Below, piece by piece: positions 53,522 through 62,911 of a DNA stretch of 64,000 nucleotides (the stretch's first letter is position 1; each line of letters begins with the position of its first letter). The notes below the pieces were generated by a model, which had not been told where the DNA came from, made no database searches, and saw only the letters and a program-made list of their open reading frames with translations. Origin of the DNA: Nostoc sp. DedSLP01 (GTDB lineage Bacteria; Cyanobacteriota; Cyanobacteriia; Cyanobacteriales; Nostocaceae); NCBI GenBank assembly GCA_034530875.2, contig JAVRCJ020000001.1:288001-352000 (forward strand), written 5' to 3'. A program made the position numbers and the translations under genes.

Positions 53522-55072
53522 TCAAGATAACTTTGTCAAAAATCCCAACAATTTTTTAGTAGTTGATGTCAACAGTGTACGACGATAGGCATCAGCTGCT
53601 TTTTTAATTGCTTCGGCTTGAGTGGGATAGGGATGAATTACACTACTTAATTTACTCAAACCGATTTTATTCACAATTGCCGCAGTCACTTCTGAAATCA
53701 TTTCGCCAGCGTGACGGGCGACAATAGTTGCACCAAGAATTTCATCAGCGCCTTTTTTGTGGTGGATTTTCAGAAATCCTAATTCTTCACCATCAGCGAT
53801 CGCTCGGTCTACACTATTAAAAGGAATGGTAATGGTTGTTACCTCAATGCCTAACTCCTGCGCCTCGCGTTCGTACATTCCTACATGGGCAATTTCTGGG
53901 TCGGTGTAAGTTACCCAAGGCATTACCAGGCTGCTGAGTTTGCTACGTCCCAAGCCAAAGGGAGAAAATAGGGTATTCTTAATTACAATCCGCGCTGCGG
54001 CATCGGCAGCGTGGGTAAATTTCCACTTCATGCAGATATCGCCAGCTGCGTAGATTTTGGGATTGCTGGTTTGCAGGTAATCATTAACTTTTACACCTTC
54101 GCGCTTGTCATATTCCACGCCGGCTGCTTCTAAATTTAGATTTTCTACATTTGGTGCGCGTCCCGTACCAACTAAAATTTCATCAACTGTCACAGAATCT
54201 CGATGACCGTTAGCAGAAAAGTAAAGCCGTTTCCCCTCGGTGACTGTTACCACTTCTTCTAATTTGCAATTCAATACCAAACGAATTCCTTCGTTATGCA
54301 AAACCCTTTGCAGAATTTTAGCGGCCTCCGCATCTTCTTTATTGAGAATTTGAGAACCGCTATGAAAAAGCACCACCTCAGAACCCAAACGCCGGAAAGC
54401 CTGCGCCAATTCGCAACCAATGGGGCCGCCACCAATTACCGCCAAACGTTCCGGTCGTTGAATCAAAGAAAAAACCGTTTCATTGGTGAGATAACCTGCT
54501 GCTTCGAGTCCGGGAATTGGAGGTTGTGCGGCTCTTGCTCCGGTTGCAATTACAGCTTTTTTAAAGCGGAGAGTTTTATCGCCAACTTCCACAGTATTTT
54601 TACTCGCAAAGCGACCGCTACCCAAAAAGACATCGATACCCAGACTTTGAAATCGTTCTGCTGAGTCATGAGGACTGATATCGGCTCTTATCCGCCGCAT
54701 TCTGGCCATGACTTTGGGAAAATCAACATCTATATTATGTTGGGAAACATTAACTCCCAAATTTTTAGCATTCCAAATTTCGCCAACTACGCGAGCAGAA
54801 CGAATTACAGTTTTAGATGGTACGCAACCAACATTTAAGCAATCTCCACCCATGAGGTGCTTTTCAATTAATGCTACTTTTAAACCTAAATCTAAACCTG
54901 CTGCACCTGCTGCTACTACTAAACCGGCTGTACCAGCACCAATTACTACCAAGTCGTAAAGCTCGGCGGGTTGAGGATTGACCCAATTTGGTGGATGGAC
55001 GTAAGATACTAACTTTTGGTTATACTCGTCCATTGGGCGAACAGTGACTCTCTCGAATTTTGAATCGGTCAT
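53522..55072 (-). CDS. MerA-like flavoprotein disulfide reductase
   Basis: GAGTAG, GGDCLNVGCVPSK, GGGPIGCE and HPYPT. It lacks the C-terminal Cys-Cys of true MerA. Confidence 0.88.
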   Translation of the reverse strand: MTDSKFERVTVRPMDEYNQKLVSYVHPPNWVNPQPAELYDLVVIGAGTAGLVVAAGAAGLDLGLKVALIEKHLMGGDCLNVGCVPSKTVIRSARVVGEIWNAKNLGVNVSQHNIDVDFPKVMARMRRIRADISPHDSAERFQSLGIDVFLGSGRFASKNTVEVGDKTLRFKKAVIATGARAAQPPIPGLEAAGYLTNETVFSLIQRPERLAVIGGGPIGCELAQAFRRLGSEVVLFHSGSQILNKEDAEAAKILQRVLHNEGIRLVLNCKLEEVVTVTEGKRLYFSANGHRDSVTVDEILVGTGRAPNVENLNLEAAGVEYDKREGVKVNDYLQTSNPKIYAAGDICMKWKFTHAADAAARIVIKNTLFSPFGLGRSKLSSLVMPWVTYTDPEIAHVGMYEREAQELGIEVTTITIPFNSVDRAIADGEELGFLKIHHKKGADEILGATIVARHAGEMISEVTAAIVNKIGLSKLSSVIHPYPTQAEAIKKAADAYRRTLLTSTTKKLLGFLTKLS

Positions 55073-55259
55073 TGTTGATACCTAATTTGAAAAGATAAAT
55101 TTATTAATGGTTGTTTAATGAGAATTACATGTTTGGGTTGTTTTATCAGTTTGAAATTTGACAGATTAAATAGGAAGAGATTTTTCAACGCAAAGAAACG
55201 CAGAGGTTTAAGAAGTTAATATTGCTGTGAATAAAGAAAATGTTGTATTGAGGAGAGAG

Positions 55260-55982
55260 CTATAAAATTTCTTGTTCTAAAGCTTTGCGGGCAATGCGGG
55301 TGATATAAATTGTAATGGCGACTGTGGCAATCAAACCGATAATCTGGATTGTCCATTGTAAGGTAGGGTTGCTGGGTTGAGTCTGGGTGCCAATTGTGGC
55401 AAGATTAGCGGCAAGGGAACCAATATAAACGTACATCACGGTTCCGGGAATCATGCCCACAGAGCCGATAAAGTAATCTTTCAGGGAAACTCCTGTAATG
55501 CCAAAAGCATAGTTTAATAAATTAAAAGGAAATACTGGTGAGAGTCGCGTTAGCAGGACAATTTTTAATCCTTCTCTGCCAACGGCTTGGTCAATGGCGG
55601 TAAATTTTTTATTATCGGAAATTTTTCGAGCAACCCAGTCTCTCGCTAAATAACGTCCGACTAAGAAAGCAGCTGTCGCGCCAAGGGTTGCACCAATGAA
55701 GACGTACAAAGAACCCCAAACTACACCAAAGATAACGCCAGCACCTAAGGTGAGAATAGAACCTGGGAAGAATGCAACGGTGGCGAGAATGTAAAGTGCA
55801 ATAAAAGCGATCGCTCCTACACTACCAAGGCGATCGATCCATTGCAATGCCTCCCGTAAAATAGCTTGGGGATTAAAAGAATTAGTCTTCACAGATTCTT
55901 GTGCCAAAGCAAACTCTGTATTCAACAAAAACCCAAAGCCAACTACTAGCAATATTAATCCAATCAATCTAAAACTCCTCAT
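55260..55982 (-). CDS. TVP38/TMEM64 (DedA/VTT) membrane protein
   Basis: PGSILTLGAG and LLTRLSPVFPFNLLNY. Confidence 0.93.
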   Translation of the reverse strand: MRSFRLIGLILLVVGFGFLLNTEFALAQESVKTNSFNPQAILREALQWIDRLGSVGAIAFIALYILATVAFFPGSILTLGAGVIFGVVWGSLYVFIGATLGATAAFLVGRYLARDWVARKISDNKKFTAIDQAVGREGLKIVLLTRLSPVFPFNLLNYAFGITGVSLKDYFIGSVGMIPGTVMYVYIGSLAANLATIGTQTQPSNPTLQWTIQIIGLIATVAITIYITRIARKALEQEIL

Positions 55983-56028
55983 TTTCTCTGCGCCTCTCTT
56001 GTCTCTGCGTGAAAAAACATCCTCATTA

Positions 56029-56784
56029 CTACTCTATCGATGAATCTGGTTCCTCCAAATCACTTATTTTTGCCATTCCCACACTTTTATTTAAAGCTTT
56101 CTGAGCAATTTTTGTAATATAAACAGTCACAGCAACGGTAGCAACTAACCCAACTCCTTGCATTATCCATTCCCAAATTTGAGTTTCTAGAGTTCTTGGT
56201 TGATGAGACGTGCTAATCATGGCAAGATTCCCAGCTAAAGAACCAATATAAACGTACATTACAGTACCAGGAATAATGCCAAAAGAACCTAATATATAAT
56301 CTTTGAGAGAAACCTGTGTAACTCCAAAAGCATAATTCAATAAATTGAAGGGAAAGAGGGGAGATAGACGAGTTAGCAAAACAATTTTCCATCCTTCTTT
56401 GGCAACTGCTAAATCAATCGCTTTAAATTTAGGATGTTTGTCCATTTGTTGACAAACCCAATTGCGCGAAAAGTGGCGTCCAATCAGAAAAGCCAAGGTA
56501 GCTCCAATTATGGCAGCAATTAGTACATATATTGACCCCCAAAATACTCCAAACAAACAACCGCCTTTGAGAGTTAATAGGGAACCTGGTATAAACAATA
56601 ATGTTGCCAAGTTGTAGATGACTATGTAGGCAATAGGACCAAAGATGCCAAGACTTTCAACCCAAATGACTGAGGTGTGTAAAAGTCCTTGAAGGTTTAA
56701 TTGTTTAGCGGCAATTATAAAAGTGATAACCAGGCAACTTAGCAGTAGTAGCTTGAGTTTGGAATTTAATAAGGGCTTCTTCAT
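56029..56784 (-). CDS. TVP38/TMEM64 (DedA/VTT) membrane protein
   Basis: PGSLLTLKGG and LLTRLSPLFPFNLLNY. Confidence 0.93.
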   Translation of the reverse strand: MKKPLLNSKLKLLLLSCLVITFIIAAKQLNLQGLLHTSVIWVESLGIFGPIAYIVIYNLATLLFIPGSLLTLKGGCLFGVFWGSIYVLIAAIIGATLAFLIGRHFSRNWVCQQMDKHPKFKAIDLAVAKEGWKIVLLTRLSPLFPFNLLNYAFGVTQVSLKDYILGSFGIIPGTVMYVYIGSLAGNLAMISTSHQPRTLETQIWEWIMQGVGLVATVAVTVYITKIAQKALNKSVGMAKISDLEEPDSSIE

Positions 56785-56794
56785 TTTGATAAAT

Positions 56795-56962
56795 TTGACC
56801 TTCTGAGGCTCGACTTTGACCTTCTGAGGTTCAACGTTGACCTTCTGAGGCTCGACGTTGACCTTCTGAGGCTCGACGTTGACCTTCTGAGGCTCGACGT
56901 TGACCTTCTGAGGTTCAACGTTGACCTTCTGAGGTTCGACGTTGACTTTTTGAGGCTCAACT
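56795..56962. repeat. 8 x 21-bp tandem repeat
   Basis: Unit TTGACCTTCTGAGGYTCRACK, with no spacers. Confidence 0.95.
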
Positions 56963-56972
56963 TTGAAACTTA

Positions 56973-57076
56973 TACCAATTCAATTAATGATTGCAACACA
57001 TCATTGGGTCAAGACGCGATTCATCGCGTCTCTACAAAAAATGGTGTATTTGTGGCATGATTTTTTTCAATTGGTA
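56973..57076. mobile_element. MITE-like element, TIR TACCAATT, TSD TTA
   Basis: TTA|TACCAATT...AATTGGTA|TTA, with an internal hairpin AGACGCGATTCATCGCGTCT. Confidence 0.78.
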
Positions 57077-57128
57077 TTACACGTTAAATCTAATGCCACT
57101 AAGATATACTACCGACATGAGAAACAGC

Positions 57129-57839
57129 TTAAATCCTCTTAAATTTTTCTCCTCTATACCAGCGACGAATTCGCGCAGGTGAGACACCGAGTAAATAAGC
57201 AATAATTATTATTTGATTGAGTAACGTAGTTTTAAAGACTCCCTTTTGCAACCATCTACGAGCTGAGGTAACAACTGGTGTGGAGATAATTGCAATACGT
57301 CCTTTTGCTTTTAAACGACATACCAGTTCAAAGTCTTCCATGATGGGTAATTCTGGAAAACCGCCAATTTGTTGAAATACTGCTTTGGTAAGAAAAATTG
57401 CTTGGTCGCCGTAAGGCATTTGGCAAAAATGCGATCGCCACTTTACACCCAACTCTACCCATCTTAAACTCAAAAGCGACGCATCAATCCGCAAGTTAAA
57501 CGCACCCGCCACAGTTCCAGATTGTTGTAGAGCCGTGCAAATCATCTCATCAAACCCAGCAGGTAAAAGGGTATCTGCATGAAGAAATAACAGAATCTCG
57601 CCGCTAGCTGCTACAGCACCCGCATTCATTTGCACAGCACGTCCGGGAGATGATGAGATAACTTTGACACCTAAAGACTGAGCTATTTTTACAGTATCAT
57701 CGCTAGAGCCGCCATCTACGACGATAACTTCTATATTTTTACTGCCTTTTGTAGTAGCAATTGCTTCTTTAATATTTCCTGCTTCATTAATAGCCGGAAT
57801 GATAATAGAAATTTTGGCTGCGTCAATATTCTCACTCAT
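57129..57839 (-). CDS. GT2 glycosyltransferase, TIGR04283-like
   Basis: ISIIIPAINE, VDGGSSD, GRAVQMNAGA, LFLHAD, PYGDQ, PIMED and TSARRW. Confidence 0.9.
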   Translation of the reverse strand: MSENIDAAKISIIIPAINEAGNIKEAIATTKGSKNIEVIVVDGGSSDDTVKIAQSLGVKVISSSPGRAVQMNAGAVAASGEILLFLHADTLLPAGFDEMICTALQQSGTVAGAFNLRIDASLLSLRWVELGVKWRSHFCQMPYGDQAIFLTKAVFQQIGGFPELPIMEDFELVCRLKAKGRIAIISTPVVTSARRWLQKGVFKTTLLNQIIIIAYLLGVSPARIRRWYRGEKFKRI

Positions 57840-58237
57840 GATTGCTGAGTTTTATTTTCCGCTTTGTCAGGAAATGAACACTCTACCGTTATCTTAAGAT
57901 TACTTTCAGCCGTCCCTTTAGTTATGTAAGGTATGCCTGCTTCACCGCCGACTTTGATGCCAAATTCTAAAGTGACTTTATCAATATTAGCAACAGGGAT
58001 TTTCTTAAAAGCATTGAGTGAATAAACAGTATAAGCGCGAATTGTACCTTCAATTGCTTGGAAATTTTGCACTATCTGTCTTTGTGCAGCATCAGCATCC
58101 CATCCCTTATCAATTAGCGCTTCTTCTTCTCCTTCTGGGGAAACTTCGATGTTAACTGCTGGTGCATCTATATTATTTGTGGCTTCGATGTAAATAATCG
58201 TGCCATCTTCTAAATGAATAGGTGTGAGTTGAGTCAT
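57836..58237 (-). CDS. Trypco1 / CU044_2847-like small protease-associated protein
   Basis: LEDGTIIYIE and DKVTLEFGIKVGGEAGIPYITKGTAESNLKITV pattern. Confidence 0.75.
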   Translation of the reverse strand: MTQLTPIHLEDGTIIYIEATNNIDAPAVNIEVSPEGEEEALIDKGWDADAAQRQIVQNFQAIEGTIRAYTVYSLNAFKKIPVANIDKVTLEFGIKVGGEAGIPYITKGTAESNLKITVECSFPDKAENKTQQS

Positions 58238-58266
58238 GGAATAAGTCTCGCTGAAAAGAATTGCGT

Positions 58267-58435
58267 GTAGTCAATTTAACGCGAAATCAGCGGTTAGAAA
58301 CCGCGTCTACACAAACAAAACCCACCTGCGTGGGTTTCAATAAGTGGCTCAAGCCCTTGTTTTCCGTTAGTCCGTGGAGGCGGACTTTGCTTGTATAGCC
58401 GCGAATTCTATTCGCCCTGGTTCTAAATTGACTAC
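58267..58435. mobile_element. MITE-like element with 12-bp perfect TIR
   Basis: GTAGTCAATTTA...TAAATTGACTAC, with internal hairpins AAACCCACCTGCGTGGGTTT and AGTCCGTGGAGGCGGACT. Confidence 0.7.
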
Positions 58436-58518
58436 CCTACACATTTTTACGGAAAATGGGGTAAATTTCTTGTAGAAGCTGGAAATAATGCAACTAAACT
58501 ATCATAAAGCTTGCTAAT

Positions 58519-61500
58519 ATGAGTCGAGACGCTTTGGTGGTGGGAATTAATACTTATGACCGCTTAAGATGTCTCAATGCGCCAGCTAGTGATGGTGAAA
58601 CGATCGCTCAAATTTTACAACAGTACGGCGAATTTCAAGTAACGCGGCTACCAGCAGTCAAAGATAAAGAAAACCAGACTATTCGCGTTGGTAAGCAAAC
58701 TAAAGTTAGTTTAACTCAGTTAGAAAAAGCGATCGTTCAATTATTTAAACCAGATGGAAAACCGCCAGATACAGCGCTGCTGTATTTTTCCGGTCATGGT
58801 TTGCGGAAAAATGTCGGAATTCAGGAAGGCTTTTTAGCGACGAGTGAAGTCAACCCGGATGCGGGGAATTGGGGACTATCTCTACAATGGCTGCGGCGAC
58901 TGCTGCAAGAAAGTGAAGTCAGACAACAAATTGTAATTTTAGATTGCTGCTATAGCGGAGAAGTGCTAAATTTTGCGGAAGCAGATCCAGGCGATCGCGG
59001 TAAAGGCAGAGACAGGTGTTTTATTGCGGCTTCTCGTGATTTTGAAGTAGCTTTTGAAGAGATTAACAGCCAACACAGCGTTCTCACTGCTGCATTGCTT
59101 CAAGGTTTGGAACCAAAACAAGACCGTTGGGTGAGTAACTACACCTTAGTAGACTTGCTCAATCAAGAACATCACCCATTCCCCCAGCGTCCCATTTTTG
59201 CTAACTCTGGTGAAGCAATTAATCTCACCCGGAAATGGAATTCCTCTCCTGTTAACTCCACAGTACAAATATCAGCTATTTGTCCTTACAAAGGGTTATC
59301 TTATTTTGATTGCACAGAAGCAGATGCCAACTTATTTTATGGCAGAACAGCGTTAACCGACGAATTATTAGAAAAAGTGCGATCGGGTAATTTACTGGCT
59401 GTGTTGGGAGCATCAGGAAGTGGTAAATCTAGTGTTGTCAGAGCAGGTTTACTTTATCAATTAAAGTTAGGACGTAAGTTATCAGGTAGCGATACTTGGC
59501 AGGTGAAAATATTTCGACCAGGGATTAATCCCTTACAAAATTTAGCACTGGCATTTGTAGAATCAGAATTATCAGATATTGAACGCGCCTCACAATTAGC
59601 AAAAGCAGAAGAATTAATAGCTAGAGGTGCAGTTGGTTTAGGACAGTTGATTACTGCTGCACAAACTCAGCGCGTCGTGTTAGTGGTAGACCAGTTTGAA
59701 GAAACTTTTACTCAATGTCAAGACATTACAAAACGACAGCAGTTTTTTGAATGTGTGCTAGGTGCTTTACAACGGGATGACAATAAACTCTGCTTAATAG
59801 TCACAATGCGGGCTGATTTCTTTGGCAAATGTTTAGAACAAGAGTATGCCGGACTAGCTAAGAAAATTCAAGAGCATTTAGTAACAGTAACACCGATGAA
59901 TCGGGAGGAATTAAAAACAGCAATTATCAAACCTGCCCAACAGGTGAACTTAGCAGTAGAACCAGAATTAGTTTCTCAAATGATTGCAGATGTAGAAAAT
60001 TCACCGGGGAGTTTACCGTTGTTGCAGTACACGCTGACAGAACTATGGCAGCAAAGAACTGAAGAACGGTTAACCCTGACTATGTATAGCAAACTAGGTG
60101 GAGCCAGAGGAACCCTGCAAACACGCGCTACAGAAGTTTATGAGTCATTATCACCAGAGGAACAGCAAGCAACAAAGCGGATTTTTTTAGAATTGACGCA
60201 GTTGGGAGAAGGAACAGAAGATACGCGCAGACAGGTTGTGCAAGGAGATTTAGTTAGTTCACAGTATTCAGAAGTTTTAATTAATAGAGTAATTCAACGA
60301 TTAGCTGATGAGAAGCTAGTTGTCACCAGTACCTTATCTAATCAAATTGCTGTGGTAGATGTGGCACATGAAGCACTAATTCGCCATTGGTTGCTATTAC
60401 GCAAATGGATTGAGGAAAGCCGGGATGTATTGCGACAAAAGCGAAAAATTGAAGCGGCAGCCATTGAATGGCGAGATAGAGGAAAGGCTAAAGATTATCT
60501 GTTTCAGGGGAAACGGTTAATAGAAGCAAAGGTCTTTCAGAAAGAACAAGCTGAAAGTTTGAGATTATCTAACCAGGCTGAAGAGTTTATTCAAGCAAGT
60601 AGCAGACAAAAAATAAATACTCGCATTGAGTTCTTTGTTGTTTCCTTAATTATTCCGTTAGGTTTAGTAATATATGTGACTCCAGGAGTTATAAAACAGA
60701 CTCAGATAAATCTACTTTGGCAGACTCTCGATACTGTTAAGGGTAAAGAGTATAGTCAGGTAAGAATTCAAGCACTTGAAAAGCTAGTAAAAGCTGGTGA
60801 AAGTCTAGCTAGTATCAACCTCAGCAGTGCCGACCTCAGCAGTGCCAAACTCAGCGATGCCAAACTCAGCGATGCCAAACTCGGTAGTGTTAACCTCTAT
60901 AGTGCTAACCTGAGCAATGGTGACCTCAGAGGTATCAACCTCAACAGTGCTAACCTAAGCAGTACCGACCTTAGAGGTGCTAACTTTATCGGTGCTGACC
61001 TCAGAGGTGCTAACTTTACCGATGCTGACCTCAGAAATGCCAATCTTACCAGTGCTGACCTCTGGCGTGCCAACCTCAGCAATGCCAATCTCAGCAGTGC
61101 CAACCTCAGCAGTGCCAACCTCAAAGATGCTATTTACACCAAAGAAACTAAGTTTCCGCAGAATTTTGATTTTACTGGCAAAAAAATATACCTAATTGCT
61201 CCTAATTCTAAACTCAATGGTGCCGACCTTTGGCATGTCGATCTCAGCGGTGCTGACCTCAGCAGTGCCGACCTCAAGAGAGCTAACCTCAGCAGTGCAA
61301 ACCTCTTCAGTACTAACCTCAGCGGTGCTGACCTCAGCGGTGCGTTACTTTCGGGTACTGACCTCTTCAATACCGATCTCAGCAATAGCAACCTGAGTAA
61401 TGCTGTCTTCAGTCATGCCAAAAACCTTACTCCTGAGCAAGTTAAATCTGCCAAAAATTGGCATAAGGCAAAATACGACAAAGATTTTCGTGCCAAGCTC

Positions 61501-61527
61501 GGTTTACCACCAGAACCAGCTAAGTGA
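58519..61527 (+). CDS. Caspase (C14) - nSTAND1 NTPase - TM - pentapeptide repeat protein
   Basis: ALVVGINTY, YFSGHG and LDCCYSG; CPYKGL, GASGSGKSS, VVDQFEE, LPLLQY and VAHEALIRHW; a TM at about aa 705-722; A(D/N)LxS repeats. Confidence 0.92.
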   Translation: MSRDALVVGINTYDRLRCLNAPASDGETIAQILQQYGEFQVTRLPAVKDKENQTIRVGKQTKVSLTQLEKAIVQLFKPDGKPPDTALLYFSGHGLRKNVGIQEGFLATSEVNPDAGNWGLSLQWLRRLLQESEVRQQIVILDCCYSGEVLNFAEADPGDRGKGRDRCFIAASRDFEVAFEEINSQHSVLTAALLQGLEPKQDRWVSNYTLVDLLNQEHHPFPQRPIFANSGEAINLTRKWNSSPVNSTVQISAICPYKGLSYFDCTEADANLFYGRTALTDELLEKVRSGNLLAVLGASGSGKSSVVRAGLLYQLKLGRKLSGSDTWQVKIFRPGINPLQNLALAFVESELSDIERASQLAKAEELIARGAVGLGQLITAAQTQRVVLVVDQFEETFTQCQDITKRQQFFECVLGALQRDDNKLCLIVTMRADFFGKCLEQEYAGLAKKIQEHLVTVTPMNREELKTAIIKPAQQVNLAVEPELVSQMIADVENSPGSLPLLQYTLTELWQQRTEERLTLTMYSKLGGARGTLQTRATEVYESLSPEEQQATKRIFLELTQLGEGTEDTRRQVVQGDLVSSQYSEVLINRVIQRLADEKLVVTSTLSNQIAVVDVAHEALIRHWLLLRKWIEESRDVLRQKRKIEAAAIEWRDRGKAKDYLFQGKRLIEAKVFQKEQAESLRLSNQAEEFIQASSRQKINTRIEFFVVSLIIPLGLVIYVTPGVIKQTQINLLWQTLDTVKGKEYSQVRIQALEKLVKAGESLASINLSSADLSSAKLSDAKLSDAKLGSVNLYSANLSNGDLRGINLNSANLSSTDLRGANFIGADLRGANFTDADLRNANLTSADLWRANLSNANLSSANLSSANLKDAIYTKETKFPQNFDFTGKKIYLIAPNSKLNGADLWHVDLSGADLSSADLKRANLSSANLFSTNLSGADLSGALLSGTDLFNTDLSNSNLSNAVFSHAKNLTPEQVKSAKNWHKAKYDKDFRAKLGLPPEPAK

Positions 61528-61561
61528 ATACTTAGGGTTGCGTTTTTAGTTCTACCTAATC

Positions 61562-61772
61562 GCTGACAATGAGTTTTATAATTAGGCGATCGCACAGCTA
61601 ATCTGAGAAAATGGCATCGAAGAGCGATCGCTCTTTTCGAGATTGCTTTGCTGGCAATGAGTTTTTATAATTGGGCGATCGCACAGCTAATCTGAGAAAA
61701 TGGTATCAAAGAGCGATCGCACTTTTCGGAGATTGCTTTGCCGACAATGAGTTTTATAATTAGGCGATCGCA
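61562..61772. repeat. About 2.4 tandem copies of an 88-90-bp HIP1-containing unit
   Basis: Units start at 61562, 61650 and 61740. Each full unit has two GCGATCGC. Confidence 0.88.
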
Positions 61773-61845
61773 AACATAACCGCCCTTAGTAAAATTATAT
61801 TAACTACCCCCAAGTAGTTACTTTGTTTGGACGATCGGGGAGAAA

Positions 61846-62262
61846 ATGCCAGCAAAAGATGTATACCATGATGCGGTTAAAAATGCCTTAATTAAAAATG
61901 GTTGGATAATTACAGCCGATCCTTATCCCATTAAATATGAAGAAGTGAAACTCTTTGCCGATCTGGCTGGTGAAAAAACTATTGCGGCTAGTAGAGAAGG
62001 AAAACAAATTGTTATTGAAATTAAAAGTTTTCTCAGCCGTTCCCCTATGCGTGATTTTGAAACCGCATTAGGTCAGTATCTCATTTATAAAGCTTTTCTT
62101 TCTATTGAATATCCTGAACAAGAATTATATTTGGCAATCGGGGAAGTAATTTATGAAGATTTCTTTCAAAAAGTTGCAATTCAATTAGTTTTGGAAAAGT
62201 ATCAAGTCTCGTTATTAGTTATTAATATGAAGAAAGAGGAGATTGTGAAATGGATAAGTTAA
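61846..62262 (+). CDS. xisH: XisH family protein
   Basis: MPAKDVYHDAVKNALIKNGWIITADP, IEIKSF and ALGQY. Confidence 0.93.
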   Translation: MPAKDVYHDAVKNALIKNGWIITADPYPIKYEEVKLFADLAGEKTIAASREGKQIVIEIKSFLSRSPMRDFETALGQYLIYKAFLSIEYPEQELYLAIGEVIYEDFFQKVAIQLVLEKYQVSLLVINMKKEEIVKWIS

Positions 62263-62591
62263 CTCAATATCAAAATTTAATAAAGCAAATATTAACAGAG
62301 TATCAAATAATATCTTCACAAGTTACTGTTGTTGATGTGGATGAAGTGTTAATGTTTGATGATGAAAGAAGTCAATATTTGTGGTTCAATATTGGTTGGA
62401 AACAAGGCAAAAGAATTAAAGGAATTTCTGTCTATATTCGCATTAAAAATGAAAAAATTTACATTGAAGAAGATTTGACTGAAGAAGGAATGGCAACTGA
62501 GTTAATGGGTTTAGGTGTTCCTGCTAGTGATATTGTCTTGGCTTTTCAGCCTCCCGAAGCGAGAAAATATACTGAGTTTGCAACGGTTTAA
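62250..62591 (+). CDS. xisI: XisI family protein
   Basis: MDKL..YQ, KIYIEEDLTEEG and GVPASDIVLAFQPP. It overlaps xisH. Confidence 0.93.
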   Translation: MDKLTQYQNLIKQILTEYQIISSQVTVVDVDEVLMFDDERSQYLWFNIGWKQGKRIKGISVYIRIKNEKIYIEEDLTEEGMATELMGLGVPASDIVLAFQPPEARKYTEFATV

Positions 62592-62677
62592 AGATTCGAT
62601 AAATTGCCAGAATATCTTGATACAATTGGTTTGTGCTATTAATAATGGATTTTGCCATTACTTTTAATCATTAAAAG

Positions 62678-62911
62678 GTGATTTTTATGCAGCAAATTAC
62701 TTTATCAGAAGCGTCTCAACACTTAGGTGACTTCATTGAAGCAGCACTTAATGGTGAGGAAATTATCATCATTAAAGATAATAAACCTGTAGTTAAGTTA
62801 ATGCCTGTAGAGCCAGTTAAACGCCGTCCTAAATTCGGTAGTGCCAAAGGTATAGTGACAATTGCTGATGATTTTGATGCCCCTCTAGAAGATTTTCAGG
62901 AGTATATGTAA
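62678..62911 (+). CDS. Phd/YefM-like antitoxin (VapB partner)
   Basis: GEEIIIIKDNKPVVKL and RPKFGSAKG..IADDFDAPLEDF. TAATG coupling to the toxin gene. Confidence 0.88.
   Translation: MIFMQQITLSEASQHLGDFIEAALNGEEIIIIKDNKPVVKLMPVEPVKRRPKFGSAKGIVTIADDFDAPLEDFQEYM

Noticed and set aside
53522..55072. merA / mercury resistance (also 9048-10436)
   Set aside because: No C-terminal Cys pair, no NmerA domain, and no merR/T/P genes.
56795..56962. Possible second CRISPR array
   Set aside because: Head-to-tail units with no unique spacers.
61562..61772. Possible mini-CRISPR
   Set aside because: The whole unit is duplicated, so there are no unique spacers.
61846..62591. fdxN excision element
   Set aside because: No xisF recombinase or interrupted nif/fdxN gene in the window.
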